Shown in pieces: positions 39,161-47,982 of a DNA stretch of 64,000 bases. Numbering within the stretch: position 1 is the stretch's first letter; each line of letters begins with the position of its first letter. A model generated the notes under the pieces. It saw nothing but the letters and a program-made list of their open reading frames with translations. It was not told the DNA's origin and did not search any database. The stretch covers positions 30,721 to 94,720 of the IMG/VR virus record IMGVR_UViG_3300009177_000030, one strand, 5' to 3'. Both the position numbers and the translations under genes were made by a program. The DNA is from a virus.

Positions 39161-39553
39161 ATGCCTGACAAACCACCCACCGCGAACCAAATTACGGCCG
39201 AGCTCCTGCTGAAGATACCGCGGGCAATACCGAACGTGTGGGTGTGGCGTAATAACCGTATCGACGCGAAGGCTGTCGGCAGAAACGGCAAGATGCGTCA
39301 TGTTTCGGCTGGCATTAACGGGCAGGGTGACTTGAGCGGAATGGCTACGATCGATATGTTCACGTCCACTGGCGCGCGAAAAAAGGTTGCCGTTCGGGTT
39401 GAGTTAGAAGTAAAATCGCACAATGATCACATCCGGCTATCGCAAGAAGCCTTTGGCGGAAAAGTGAAATCGATGGGCGGAATCTACTTAATCGTGTCAG
39501 ACCCCGAACAGGGGATTGCGGATTTGCGGGAGGAGTTGTGCCAACTCTCGTAA
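39161..39553 (+). CDS. VRR-NUC-like PD-(D/E)xK nuclease
   Basis: WRNN, GQGDL, LEVK, SQEAF and GGIY. Confidence 0.75.
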   Translation: MPDKPPTANQITAELLLKIPRAIPNVWVWRNNRIDAKAVGRNGKMRHVSAGINGQGDLSGMATIDMFTSTGARKKVAVRVELEVKSHNDHIRLSQEAFGGKVKSMGGIYLIVSDPEQGIADLREELCQLS

Positions 39554-40614
39554 TCGGACCGTCAACTACTCGGAAATACTGCGTAGACGTTAAATGCCAA
39601 CGGTGCGGGGCGATCAGAACTGCCGAAAATCGTCGAAACAGAATACCTGCTTTCTGTCGGGATTGCATTCGCACAAAGGACCGTGTTCACCTAACGTGTC
39701 CCGTCTGCTCAAAGGAATGGTCGGTGAAGAAGTCTCACGCGCCGCGCACTAAATACTGTTCTAAGGCGTGCGAGGCTGTTGGATACAGGGATCAAATGCG
39801 GAATGACTCCAACCCGAACTGGAGGGGCGGAGATGTAGTTGTTAAATGCCAACAGTGTGAACGTGATTATAAGGTCCGTAGGTCCGTAGCGTCCCGAGCT
39901 AAATGCTGTTCCCGTTCATGCCTGTCGTCCTACCGCTCTGTATTGATGAAGGGCAGACCCAACCCAATCCATAAAAAACGCGTTACGCGACCGAAACCAG
40001 ATAAGGCACCGAAACCAAGTCGGTCGAGCAATCTAGACGCAAAAACTTATACTGGAAATTGCCCTAAGTGTAATGTGCGAAGAAAAATAACCAAGGGCTG
40101 TGATCCGCTCTGTCAAATATGCCGAAGGGAGGGAAAGCAGCCGATAAAGCCTTGCTTACTGTGCAATACGCCTCGTTCGTGGAACGGTACTTCTGGAATA
40201 TGCTCAAGGTGCTACAGATCCTCAAGATTAGGGGCGTCTAACCCGAACTGGAAAGGCGGAATCACCCCAGCCAACAAGAAATTAAGGGCCTCTCCCGAAT
40301 ATAAGGCGTGGCGGATAGCCGTTTTTGAAAGAGACAGTTACACATGTCAAAAATGCGGTCAAGTGGGATGGACGCTTCACGCTCACCACCTCATACCGTT
40401 TTCTGCAGATCCAGAATTTAGGCTCGAAGTGTCAAATGGCCAGACGTTATGCGAGCCATGCCACAGAAAAACGGATTCATTTTTGGGGAAAGCAAAAACG
40501 TGGGGAAAAAGTCGCTTGCAGCGCAGTTTTTCGTTTGCAGTAGAACGGCCCGTTGAGTGGGGAGAACCCGATATCTCGGCCACGCTGGAGAAATTGAAGC
40601 AGGCGATTGGGTAG
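39538..40614 (+). CDS. HNH homing-type endonuclease with multiple Zn-finger and NPNWKGG modules
   Basis: Repeated CxxC/CSxxC, NPNWRGG and NPNWKGG, VFERDSYTCQKCG...HAHH...NGQTLCEPCH. Confidence 0.9.
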   Translation: MPTLVIGPSTTRKYCVDVKCQRCGAIRTAENRRNRIPAFCRDCIRTKDRVHLTCPVCSKEWSVKKSHAPRTKYCSKACEAVGYRDQMRNDSNPNWRGGDVVVKCQQCERDYKVRRSVASRAKCCSRSCLSSYRSVLMKGRPNPIHKKRVTRPKPDKAPKPSRSSNLDAKTYTGNCPKCNVRRKITKGCDPLCQICRREGKQPIKPCLLCNTPRSWNGTSGICSRCYRSSRLGASNPNWKGGITPANKKLRASPEYKAWRIAVFERDSYTCQKCGQVGWTLHAHHLIPFSADPEFRLEVSNGQTLCEPCHRKTDSFLGKAKTWGKSRLQRSFSFAVERPVEWGEPDISATLEKLKQAIG

Positions 40615-41759
40615 TGGTCTACTACAACGAGCTCGACAGGAAGAAAGCTGCATGGCTACGCGAACTGATAAAAGTAAACGCCATAGCAAAAGGTGAAGTA
40701 GATGAGCGATCAATTACCGATGTTCAACCAGGAGACCTTGACGGATTCGACCAGTGCCACTTCTTCGCCGGCATTGGAATCTGGAGCTACGCACTCCGGT
40801 GCGCCGGATGGCCAGACGAAGCGCAGGCTTGGACTGGTTCATGCCCGTGCCAACCGTTCAGCGTTGCTGGAAAGGGTGAAGGAACCGAGGATAGACGACA
40901 CCTTTGGCCAGCTTGGTTTAGACTCATCCGCGAGCGAAAGCCTGGGGTGGTCTTTGGCGAACAGGTTTCGTCTCCGGACGCACTCGCTTGGCTCGACATT
41001 GTTTTCGATGACATGGAAGGCTCGGCGTACACCATCGGGGCGGCGGATTTATGCGCTCCGGGCGTCGGCGCGCCCCACATCCGAAACCGTACTTTCTTCG
41101 TGGGCGACGCCCCGGACGCAAACGGGGGGGGCGGAATCTGGAGCAAGGAAGAAGGAACTCGGCCGGATGGAATCAGGCGGCGGGGATCTGGAGAGTCAGG
41201 CACTTCTTGCCAGTTGGCCGACACCGAGAGCGGAAGATTCGGAATCGAGCGGGATGATAGTATCCAGGGGAACAGCGGACACGTTAACGGCTGTAGCGAG
41301 TCTAACGGGATGGGCAACACCCACGAAACGGGATCACAAAGACGGAGCCAGCGAGGGAGCAGTGGAAGTAAACGCGCTTTTGGGTCGGCAAGTGTGGCTG
41401 GCAGCATGGCCAACGCCGAACGCAAATCCGGATGCTCCAAATATGAGCAAGAACCGAGGATCGGATCACGGCGGGGATCGGCGTCGATATACGTTGCAGG
41501 GTTTGGGGGAAGCGGCGAAGAATATCGACGTGGACCTGTTAACGGGTTCTGGGAAGATGCCGTGTGGATTCCATGCAGATCCGAAAGAGAAGGCGAAGAA
41601 GGACGGTATCGGCCAATTGAATCCTGCTCATTCCCGTTGGCTTATGGGACTCCCCAGCGTGTGGGACGACTGCGGGGTTACGGCGATGGAATCGTTGCGC
41701 CCCTTGCGCAAGCATTCATCGAGTGTTACATCGAAGAGTGCGACATAGTCTTCGCATGA
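40614..41759 (+). CDS. C5-cytosine DNA methyltransferase, alpha polypeptide
   Basis: FFAGIG (I), CPCQPFS (IV), GEQV (VI), HIRNR (VIII) and LRGYGDGIV (X); motif IX is absent from this frame. Confidence 0.9.
   Translation: MVYYNELDRKKAAWLRELIKVNAIAKGEVDERSITDVQPGDLDGFDQCHFFAGIGIWSYALRCAGWPDEAQAWTGSCPCQPFSVAGKGEGTEDRRHLWPAWFRLIRERKPGVVFGEQVSSPDALAWLDIVFDDMEGSAYTIGAADLCAPGVGAPHIRNRTFFVGDAPDANGGGGIWSKEEGTRPDGIRRRGSGESGTSCQLADTESGRFGIERDDSIQGNSGHVNGCSESNGMGNTHETGSQRRSQRGSSGSKRAFGSASVAGSMANAERKSGCSKYEQEPRIGSRRGSASIYVAGFGGSGEEYRRGPVNGFWEDAVWIPCRSEREGEEGRYRPIESCSFPLAYGTPQRVGRLRGYGDGIVAPLAQAFIECYIEECDIVFA
40702..41748 (+). CDS. C5-cytosine DNA methyltransferase, beta polypeptide in overlapping +1 frame
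   Basis: 348-codon open frame nested in alpha; W(A/P)TP repeats and QLNPAHSRWLMGLP (motif IX-like). Confidence 0.75.
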   Translation: MSDQLPMFNQETLTDSTSATSSPALESGATHSGAPDGQTKRRLGLVHARANRSALLERVKEPRIDDTFGQLGLDSSASESLGWSLANRFRLRTHSLGSTLFSMTWKARRTPSGRRIYALRASARPTSETVLSSWATPRTQTGGAESGARKKELGRMESGGGDLESQALLASWPTPRAEDSESSGMIVSRGTADTLTAVASLTGWATPTKRDHKDGASEGAVEVNALLGRQVWLAAWPTPNANPDAPNMSKNRGSDHGGDRRRYTLQGLGEAAKNIDVDLLTGSGKMPCGFHADPKEKAKKDGIGQLNPAHSRWLMGLPSVWDDCGVTAMESLRPLRKHSSSVTSKSAT

Positions 41760-42073
41760 CCTTCACCCTCCACCGCCGCCACCCCGGCAACACATTCTCC
41801 GGCCAGCGCATCTTACACAACCTAAAAGACAATCTACCGTTCACTGTAGACGTCGAAGGCCCCATCCCGCGCACCGACTACGCCGCAACGTGCAAATGCA
41901 CAGAGGTGTATCGGATCAACGCCGAGTCCGTGTCGTGGCTCAGGAAGAATGAGATGCTGCGTAAGGGGTTGAGGAATAACCCTTGCGTATGTGCGTGTCA
42001 GGGGGTTTTGGGTGGGGAGGTGGTTGATGTGGAGAAGCGGGGGTATCGGAGTCACTACAGGAAGCTAAAATAA
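41757..42073 (+). CDS. Hypothetical protein
   Basis: ORF 41723..42073, probably starting at the ATGA overlap with the MTase stop (start approximate). Confidence 0.5.
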
Positions 42074-42089
42074 CAATTCCACAAAAATG

Positions 42090-42118
42090 TTGACATCGTA
42101 TGTGGGTATCTGTATACT
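42090..42118 (+). promoter_or_regulatory. Near-consensus sigma70 promoter of the ABC/OmpA operon
   Basis: TTGACA-17-TATACT, 8 nt before ATG 42127; ATGTTGACAT imperfect palindrome over the -35. Confidence 0.75.
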
Positions 42119-42126
42119 CGCTTTGT

Positions 42127-42291
42127 ATGCCAAACATCAACGTAAAAGATGACGTTCACAAGCGCCTTAAGCAATTGGCGCTAGACACCGGCGAAACCCT
42201 CTGCAACGTGGTCCATAACGCTTGCATGGACACACTATCGGCCGCCGAAAAGAAGGTCGCCGAAGTCAAGAAGAAGAGCACCCGCAAATGA
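42127..42291 (+). CDS. Ribbon-helix-helix regulator (leaderless)
   Basis: MPNINVKDDVHKRLKQLALDTGETLCNVV. Confidence 0.7.
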   Translation: MPNINVKDDVHKRLKQLALDTGETLCNVVHNACMDTLSAAEKKVAEVKKKSTRK

Positions 42292-42878
42292 GCTGGCTCG
42301 CCCAAATTCAGGATCTAGTATTCGAGCCTGAAGAGATGAAGCCGACTCCGACAGCATCCGCAGCGCCAGCAACAACGACTGCATCGCCTGCATATGTTCC
42401 GTCGATTCCACCGGCTTGCGGGCCGATGGACGGATTTCTCGCCAAACTCCGCTCCAAACTTCAATCACCCGGATCGCCAGTAGAGAAGTTCGAAGCAACC
42501 CTGAACTCTTTAACTGCCATCGCGGACATCGGCACGCGGGTTACCGCGGCAGCCAGCGTTCTGAAGGCAACCGCTGGTATCGACGCCACTCAAATCAGGG
42601 CTGCGTACAATGACCGTCTGAACGCAATCGAGGTGCAGTGTGGTCAATTCAAGACGGCTCTCGACGGGCAACACCAGCAAGTGGAGCAGATGACGGCTGA
42701 TATCGATGCGAAGAACCGTGATATCCAAGCACTAACGCAACAGCGGGATTCGCTGAACGCGGATATCGCGTCTATACGAACGAAGATCGCGACAGCGCAG
42801 GCAGGTTTCGACAGCGCGGTCGCTACCGTTCGAAACGAAATTCAGGAAGCTATGAACAGATTGAAAGGGGTTCAGTAA
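42288..42878 (+). CDS. Soluble coiled-coil protein with N-terminal amphipathic helix
   Basis: MSWLAQIQDLVF, Pro/Ala linker and long heptad C-terminus; ATGA coupling. Confidence 0.75.
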   Translation: MSWLAQIQDLVFEPEEMKPTPTASAAPATTTASPAYVPSIPPACGPMDGFLAKLRSKLQSPGSPVEKFEATLNSLTAIADIGTRVTAAASVLKATAGIDATQIRAAYNDRLNAIEVQCGQFKTALDGQHQQVEQMTADIDAKNRDIQALTQQRDSLNADIASIRTKIATAQAGFDSAVATVRNEIQEAMNRLKGVQ

Positions 42879-43861
42879 TGGAAACGGCAACACACGGATA
42901 TTTTTCAGGCCCGGAAGGCAAGGTTAACGCTACGACGTGGGGAGCACTCGGGCTCGGGCTCGCGGTCGTTATTTACTTGATGGGTGGATCGGTCGGCGAA
43001 TATCTTGTCAACGCGGCCGACAACACGATGCACCTCGTTATCGTGGGGTGTGCGCTGGCGTTTGTTCTGGCTGCGCTCATGGACCCGAAGAAACGGCTCT
43101 GGTACGTCTACCGCGGCATTGTCCGCTGGCTGATGAGTTTCTGGATCGAACTTGATCCGATCGGTATCCGCAAGTCCTACGTGGAGCGTCTGAAGGCCAA
43201 GCAGGAGAAGTTCATCGAAGCCGTTGGTACTCTGCGCGGTCAGTTGATCGGCATGAAGCGGGACGCCGCCGGGAATCAGATGGAACTGGAACGGCATGAG
43301 GCGCTATTCAAAGAGGCTATGAAGGTCGGCGATCAGCGGGCGCAGGTCTCCAACAGTAAAGACATGCAGCGCTGCCAGATACTGGCCAAGCAATACGCCG
43401 GCGGGATTGAAAATCTGACCAAGATGCAGACCGTTGTGGTTCGGTACCAGGAGATCTGCGCTGACGAGATAGCCGACAAGGAATCTGACATCGTATTCCG
43501 CCAGAAGCAGTTGAAGTTGTCGAAGGCGACCGGCAGTATCAGCGGGGCTATCAAAGGCATCCTCAGCGGGCTTCCCGAGAAGGATCTGTACGACGAAGCC
43601 GGAAACGTTCTGGACGCGATGTACGATCAGACGCTCGGCGAGTTCGACAATGCCTTGGACATCACGAAGGATGTTCTGAGTAACGCCAATTTGGCCGACA
43701 GTGCGGCTCTTCAGGCTGCACTATCCAGATTCGAAAACAACAATTCAAAAGTTCTGGTAGGGAAGACAACGAAAGAAGAAATTCTTCGTCAGATTCCGGC
43801 GGCAATTCCGGCCCCACGGGCGACTACGTCGACATCCACGGACTACTCCGACCTGCTGTAG
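42878..43861 (+). CDS. Two-TM protein with PspA/IM30-like helical hairpin
   Basis: Two TM helices, then ELDPIGI and ~200 aa of coiled coil; TAATG coupling. Confidence 0.65.
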   Translation: METATHGYFSGPEGKVNATTWGALGLGLAVVIYLMGGSVGEYLVNAADNTMHLVIVGCALAFVLAALMDPKKRLWYVYRGIVRWLMSFWIELDPIGIRKSYVERLKAKQEKFIEAVGTLRGQLIGMKRDAAGNQMELERHEALFKEAMKVGDQRAQVSNSKDMQRCQILAKQYAGGIENLTKMQTVVVRYQEICADEIADKESDIVFRQKQLKLSKATGSISGAIKGILSGLPEKDLYDEAGNVLDAMYDQTLGEFDNALDITKDVLSNANLADSAALQAALSRFENNNSKVLVGKTTKEEILRQIPAAIPAPRATTSTSTDYSDLL

Positions 43862-43903
43862 TAGTCACTTTTTAACTAGAATTTTGAGGAGATGAGGAAA
43901 ACT

Positions 43904-45694
43904 ATGTCAAAAATTAAAACGGCACCGAAATTGGTAATTGGGCTGGCCCTGATCGTGGGCGGCTTGCTGGAATTGAAGCATCTCGTTTACGTTGGAGTGA
44001 TCCCGCGGCCTAGCGCCATGAAGACGGTAATTCCGATCAAGGCGGAAGAATTGAGCGCTACGGTTTTATCCGGTGGAACGGTGGCAGCGAAGCCACTGCC
44101 AACCGCCACTCCCATGCAGGTTTGCATGGACGGAAACACCAGTAACTGCGTCAATTCCACGCCCGTGGAAATGGAAACATGGGCATGGAACGGGAACATT
44201 GGATTGCTGTACTCTATCGGGGGTCCGCAGACCACCAAGGGTTCTATCACGGCCTCACATGGACTGATGGTCAGCACAAGGCGGCAAGACGACACCGGCC
44301 AGATGAACAACGACTTACTGGACACAGCCCAAAAACTTCAATCTGATCCAAATGCGCCGGGCGTCAAGCTCATCACCATCATGGGCGATGGAGCAGCGGC
44401 TGAACTTGCCGCAATTAACCCGAAACTCCAGAAGGTTTGTCCGGATTGCGGGCTGAAGGTGGTTGGCGTCATGGGCTACTCCCGGGGTGAGGATGTTTTC
44501 ATGGGGCCTGCCGATTGGAAGGCAGACCCGCAGAAATCCCGCGGTGGCCTGGTGATCGGGGTATTGCGCGACGGCGACTGGAATATAGCGCTGAAATGGC
44601 TTGGCCAAAACGGCATCCCAAACAACCCGGACGACACCTCCTACGATCCGAGCGCTCTCAACTGGATCAATTCCGATTCCTACACTAAGGCCGCAGGCGA
44701 CTTTGCTACCGGGAATGCCTGCGTGGATATTCCCGTAAAAGGCAAACTGGGCGGAGCAAAGGTGCATAAATGCGCTGACGCTGTGGTCACGTGGACACCT
44801 GGCGACGTTACCGTGGCGAAGAAGCGGGGCGGTGTAGTGCCGATTGCATCGACGGCTCAATACGTATTCCAGATGCCGTGCGTTATTCTCGGCATTGACC
44901 GGTGGATGAAGTCCCACCGCGGTGAAGTTCAGAATTTACTCGCGTCCGCATTCGAAGGTGCCGACCAGATCCGCTCCAATTCCGCCGCGCTGCAAAAGGC
45001 TGGCGAAATCTCCGCTAAAATATACAACGAGGAAAACGCGGACTACTGGGTCAAGTACTTCAAAGGGGTGACCGAACCCGATGCTCAGGGAATCCGGGTA
45101 CACCTCGGAGGAAGCGCGGTCGCCAACCTTGCCGATAACCTCCAAGCGTTCGGACTCAACGGTGGACCTTCGCTGTTCGCCGCAACGTACACGACATTCG
45201 GCAAGATCGTAGTCCAGCAGTATCCGCGACTGGTGCCGAGTTTCCCAACGGCCGAAGGTATTGTGGACACGTCATATTTGGCTGCACTTAAGGGGACGAT
45301 GACCGCGCCGGCAGAAGACATCATCAAGGCGTCTACGGCTCCGATGAAATCGATTGCCGGGAAGCGTAACTACAGTATTCAGTTTGCCGTGGGCAGTGCC
45401 CAACCACTCTCATCGTCCTACGCTGACTTGGAGCAACTTGCCGCCGATATCAGTCTGACAAACTACATCGTTGCGTTGCATTCTCACACAGACAACACGG
45501 GAAGCGCCGAAGCCAATATGGATTTGAGTCAACGCCGTGGCGATAGCGTGGCCGCATATCTGAAGCAAAAGGGCGTCCGGAATACGATACGAAGCTATGC
45601 TCATGGTTCTGAAGAGCCGTTGCCTGGCAACGATCCCAATTCCGTGGCTGGCCGCGCTAAGAATCGCAGAGTTCAGGTAGTTTTAGGAGAATAA
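43904..45694 (+). CDS. Membrane-anchored ABC substrate-binding-like protein fused to an OmpA/MotB C-terminal peptidoglycan-binding domain
   Basis: N-terminal TM; GYSRGED, DGDWN and VTWTPGD (SBP-like); HTDNTG...NMDLSQRRG...RAKNRRVQV. Confidence 0.85.
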   Translation: MSKIKTAPKLVIGLALIVGGLLELKHLVYVGVIPRPSAMKTVIPIKAEELSATVLSGGTVAAKPLPTATPMQVCMDGNTSNCVNSTPVEMETWAWNGNIGLLYSIGGPQTTKGSITASHGLMVSTRRQDDTGQMNNDLLDTAQKLQSDPNAPGVKLITIMGDGAAAELAAINPKLQKVCPDCGLKVVGVMGYSRGEDVFMGPADWKADPQKSRGGLVIGVLRDGDWNIALKWLGQNGIPNNPDDTSYDPSALNWINSDSYTKAAGDFATGNACVDIPVKGKLGGAKVHKCADAVVTWTPGDVTVAKKRGGVVPIASTAQYVFQMPCVILGIDRWMKSHRGEVQNLLASAFEGADQIRSNSAALQKAGEISAKIYNEENADYWVKYFKGVTEPDAQGIRVHLGGSAVANLADNLQAFGLNGGPSLFAATYTTFGKIVVQQYPRLVPSFPTAEGIVDTSYLAALKGTMTAPAEDIIKASTAPMKSIAGKRNYSIQFAVGSAQPLSSSYADLEQLAADISLTNYIVALHSHTDNTGSAEANMDLSQRRGDSVAAYLKQKGVRNTIRSYAHGSEEPLPGNDPNSVAGRAKNRRVQVVLGE

Positions 45695-45695
45695 T

Positions 45696-45902
45696 ATGGA
45701 AAAGCCACTCGCAATCAACGGCCCGATCATAATCAATCCGGCCAAGGTCCTTTGGGCCAACATCGAAGCCGTGCTTCCAAAAGGAACCGGCGTACAAATT
45801 CAGTTCGAAGGGCAGTCTGCTCCTTCTAACTTTTACGACGGGGATGCTGGCGCCGCAGCTTCTATCCTTGTCGCCTCATCTCAGGAGGCTCCGAATGCGT
45901 AA
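45696..45902 (+). CDS. Small hypothetical protein
   Basis: AGGAG RBS; 68 aa. Confidence 0.55.
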   Translation: MEKPLAINGPIIINPAKVLWANIEAVLPKGTGVQIQFEGQSAPSNFYDGDAGAAASILVASSQEAPNA

Positions 45903-46395
45903 AGCAATTCTTTCTTTATTTGCTCTGGTATTGGCCGCCTGCGGTCCTGCCTACGTTCAGCCGGTTCAATCTGGATGGAACGGAGACCCCTGCGACCAGT
46001 CATACTTTGACGCCATGGCATGCCGGACCGCAATCGGTCTCGGAGGATGGTACCTGAATGGCGTGCTGGTTCCGCACTATTACGGCGGATATGGATACGA
46101 TCATTACTATCAAGCGAACCACGTCTACATCCTGCATGGCGGCCACGTGAATTCCTACAGCCAGTCCGTGAGAACGGTGCGTCCGGTCCAGCCTGCCAGT
46201 TCGGTGAATTCAGCATCGAAAGCCTATATTCCTCCATCACAACGCGCTCCCGCTGGATCTGCCGCATCGGCTTCGAAACCATACACTCCACCGAGCCGAC
46301 CGGCTAGCAGTTATAGTCCGCCGTCCAGACCTGCAAGCAGTTACAGTCCGCCGTCTCGGCCGTCCAGCAGTTACTCGTCGCCGAGGCGAAAGTGA
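45895..46395 (+). CDS. Lipoprotein with Tyr/Gly core and Ser/Pro repeat tail
   Basis: AGGAGG RBS; lipobox LAAC; PASSYSPPSR repeats with 30-nt period at ~46290-46385. Confidence 0.75.
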   Translation: MRKAILSLFALVLAACGPAYVQPVQSGWNGDPCDQSYFDAMACRTAIGLGGWYLNGVLVPHYYGGYGYDHYYQANHVYILHGGHVNSYSQSVRTVRPVQPASSVNSASKAYIPPSQRAPAGSAASASKPYTPPSRPASSYSPPSRPASSYSPPSRPSSSYSSPRRK

Positions 46396-46592
46396 ACCGG
46401 GACACCTTATTCTCCCGCGGGATCACCATGGCTAACGTCGTGCTGATCCTGCTGGGAATCTGGTTATGCTATCTCGCGTTCTCATTCGTTCGCGTAGTCG
46501 CGTTCTGGATTCTTTTTCATGTGTTTGGGATTGCCGCATCCTTGGCGGCTATAGCGGTTGTGTTTTTCTGGTGGAAAGCAAAACGCAAATGA
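46392..46592 (+). CDS. Small two-TM protein
   Basis: Highly hydrophobic with a basic tail; GTGA coupling. Confidence 0.6.
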   Translation: MNRDTLFSRGITMANVVLILLGIWLCYLAFSFVRVVAFWILFHVFGIAASLAAIAVVFFWWKAKRK

Positions 46593-47449
46593 TGGGCTTC
46601 TTGATCGCCGAATACGAAAAACGCCGGGATGCTGAGCACGGCCACGGTCCGATCCACGACCGCGAGCGATACCTGTCTCACTGGATAACGCCGAACGGAA
46701 GCCTGCATAATACCGGGTTTACAATCCTGCTCGCTACATGGATCGGACTGTTTCTGGTCGTGTGGGTCTCCGCCGGTGCCAGTTACCTGCCTTCCCCGTT
46801 TGAAGTTGTGCGGGCACTCCCTGGACTCTGGAATGAAGACGGATTGGGCGTTCAGATATGGACGAGCTTGGAACTTAATCTCGAGGCCGTAATTTTGACT
46901 TTCATCGCATCCCTGTTGATCGCTTACGCCACCGTGCTGCCACTATTCCGACCGCTGGCGACACTCGTATCATCAGGCAGGTTCAACGGGATGGTGGGGC
47001 TTCCGCTGGTTTTTCTGAGCCTCCTGCATAATCCGCACTGGGTGAAGGTCGCGCTCCTGGTATTCGGGACTGGCGTATTTATGGTCCTGTCTCTCGTGCG
47101 AATGATCGAGAATATCCCGACTGAGTTATTTGATCACTCAAGAACGCTCGGAATGTCGGAGTGGCGCGTGGCGTGGGAGGTTGTGGTGCTCGGCCAGTTC
47201 GATCAGGTGCTCGACATATTTCGCGGATCGGCAGCAATGACTTGGGTATTGCTCCCGATGGTGGAGGGATACTTCCGGTTTGAGGGCGGCGTCGGCACTC
47301 TGATGCTAACAGAAGCGAAGCATCTGAACCTGGATGCGGTCTTCGCCATCATGTTTGTTGTGCTGGCGATCGGATTTGCTCAGGACTGGATATTCGGGAA
47401 GGTGCGAAATTTGATATGTCCGTGGGCGGATTTGGGGGTGAGGAAATGA
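46589..47449 (+). CDS. ABC transporter permease (NitT/TauT/SsuC-like)
   Basis: YLPSPFEV, about 6 TM helices, EAA-loop-like IPTELFDHSRTLGMSEW, GGVG. Confidence 0.88.
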   Translation: MMGFLIAEYEKRRDAEHGHGPIHDRERYLSHWITPNGSLHNTGFTILLATWIGLFLVVWVSAGASYLPSPFEVVRALPGLWNEDGLGVQIWTSLELNLEAVILTFIASLLIAYATVLPLFRPLATLVSSGRFNGMVGLPLVFLSLLHNPHWVKVALLVFGTGVFMVLSLVRMIENIPTELFDHSRTLGMSEWRVAWEVVVLGQFDQVLDIFRGSAAMTWVLLPMVEGYFRFEGGVGTLMLTEAKHLNLDAVFAIMFVVLAIGFAQDWIFGKVRNLICPWADLGVRK

Positions 47450-47982
47450 TAGCTTTATTCATAGTCCTGGCTGCGGTTTTTATCGTGATTGTCGCCATTG
47501 CATCGCAGGAGAAATCTACCCGGAGCATCGACCTCACAAGCGTAAGGGACGCAATGGTAAGCAGACACGGATGGACACCCGAGAGGGCCGATGCCGCCCG
47601 GGGCGAATACCTGAAATTTCTAGCGATCCTCCGCAAGAAGCCAGATTTTCCAGTAGTTCCATGGCTAACCGACGGGAGGGACGATCTTGATCAATTTTGG
47701 CATCAGCACATTCTGGACACCGCCAAATACTCCCGAGACTGTCATTACCTGTTCGGAAAACTGGTCCATCACGATCCTCACTTAAAAAAAGGTTCGAAGG
47801 AAGAACTTTCGGCCGCGCAAAGGACACAGGCCGCTTACGTAGACTCTTGTGGTGGGGTCATTGAAGGCTCCGCCCCTGGACATCATTGCGATAGTTCCCA
47901 TAGCGACTCTTCTCACAGTTGCAGTACCCATAGTTGCTCAAGTCATAGTTGCGGCGGCCACGGATGTGGAGGCGGCCATTGA
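47446..47982 (+). CDS. Glycine-rich-domain (GRDP/TIGR04222-like) membrane protein with His/Ser/Cys tail
   Basis: N-terminal TM; EYLKFL, LDQFWHQHILDT..Y..DC and HHDP; tail HHCDSSHSDSSHSCSTHSCSSHSCGGHGCGGGH. Confidence 0.75.
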   Translation: MIALFIVLAAVFIVIVAIASQEKSTRSIDLTSVRDAMVSRHGWTPERADAARGEYLKFLAILRKKPDFPVVPWLTDGRDDLDQFWHQHILDTAKYSRDCHYLFGKLVHHDPHLKKGSKEELSAAQRTQAAYVDSCGGVIEGSAPGHHCDSSHSDSSHSCSTHSCSSHSCGGHGCGGGH

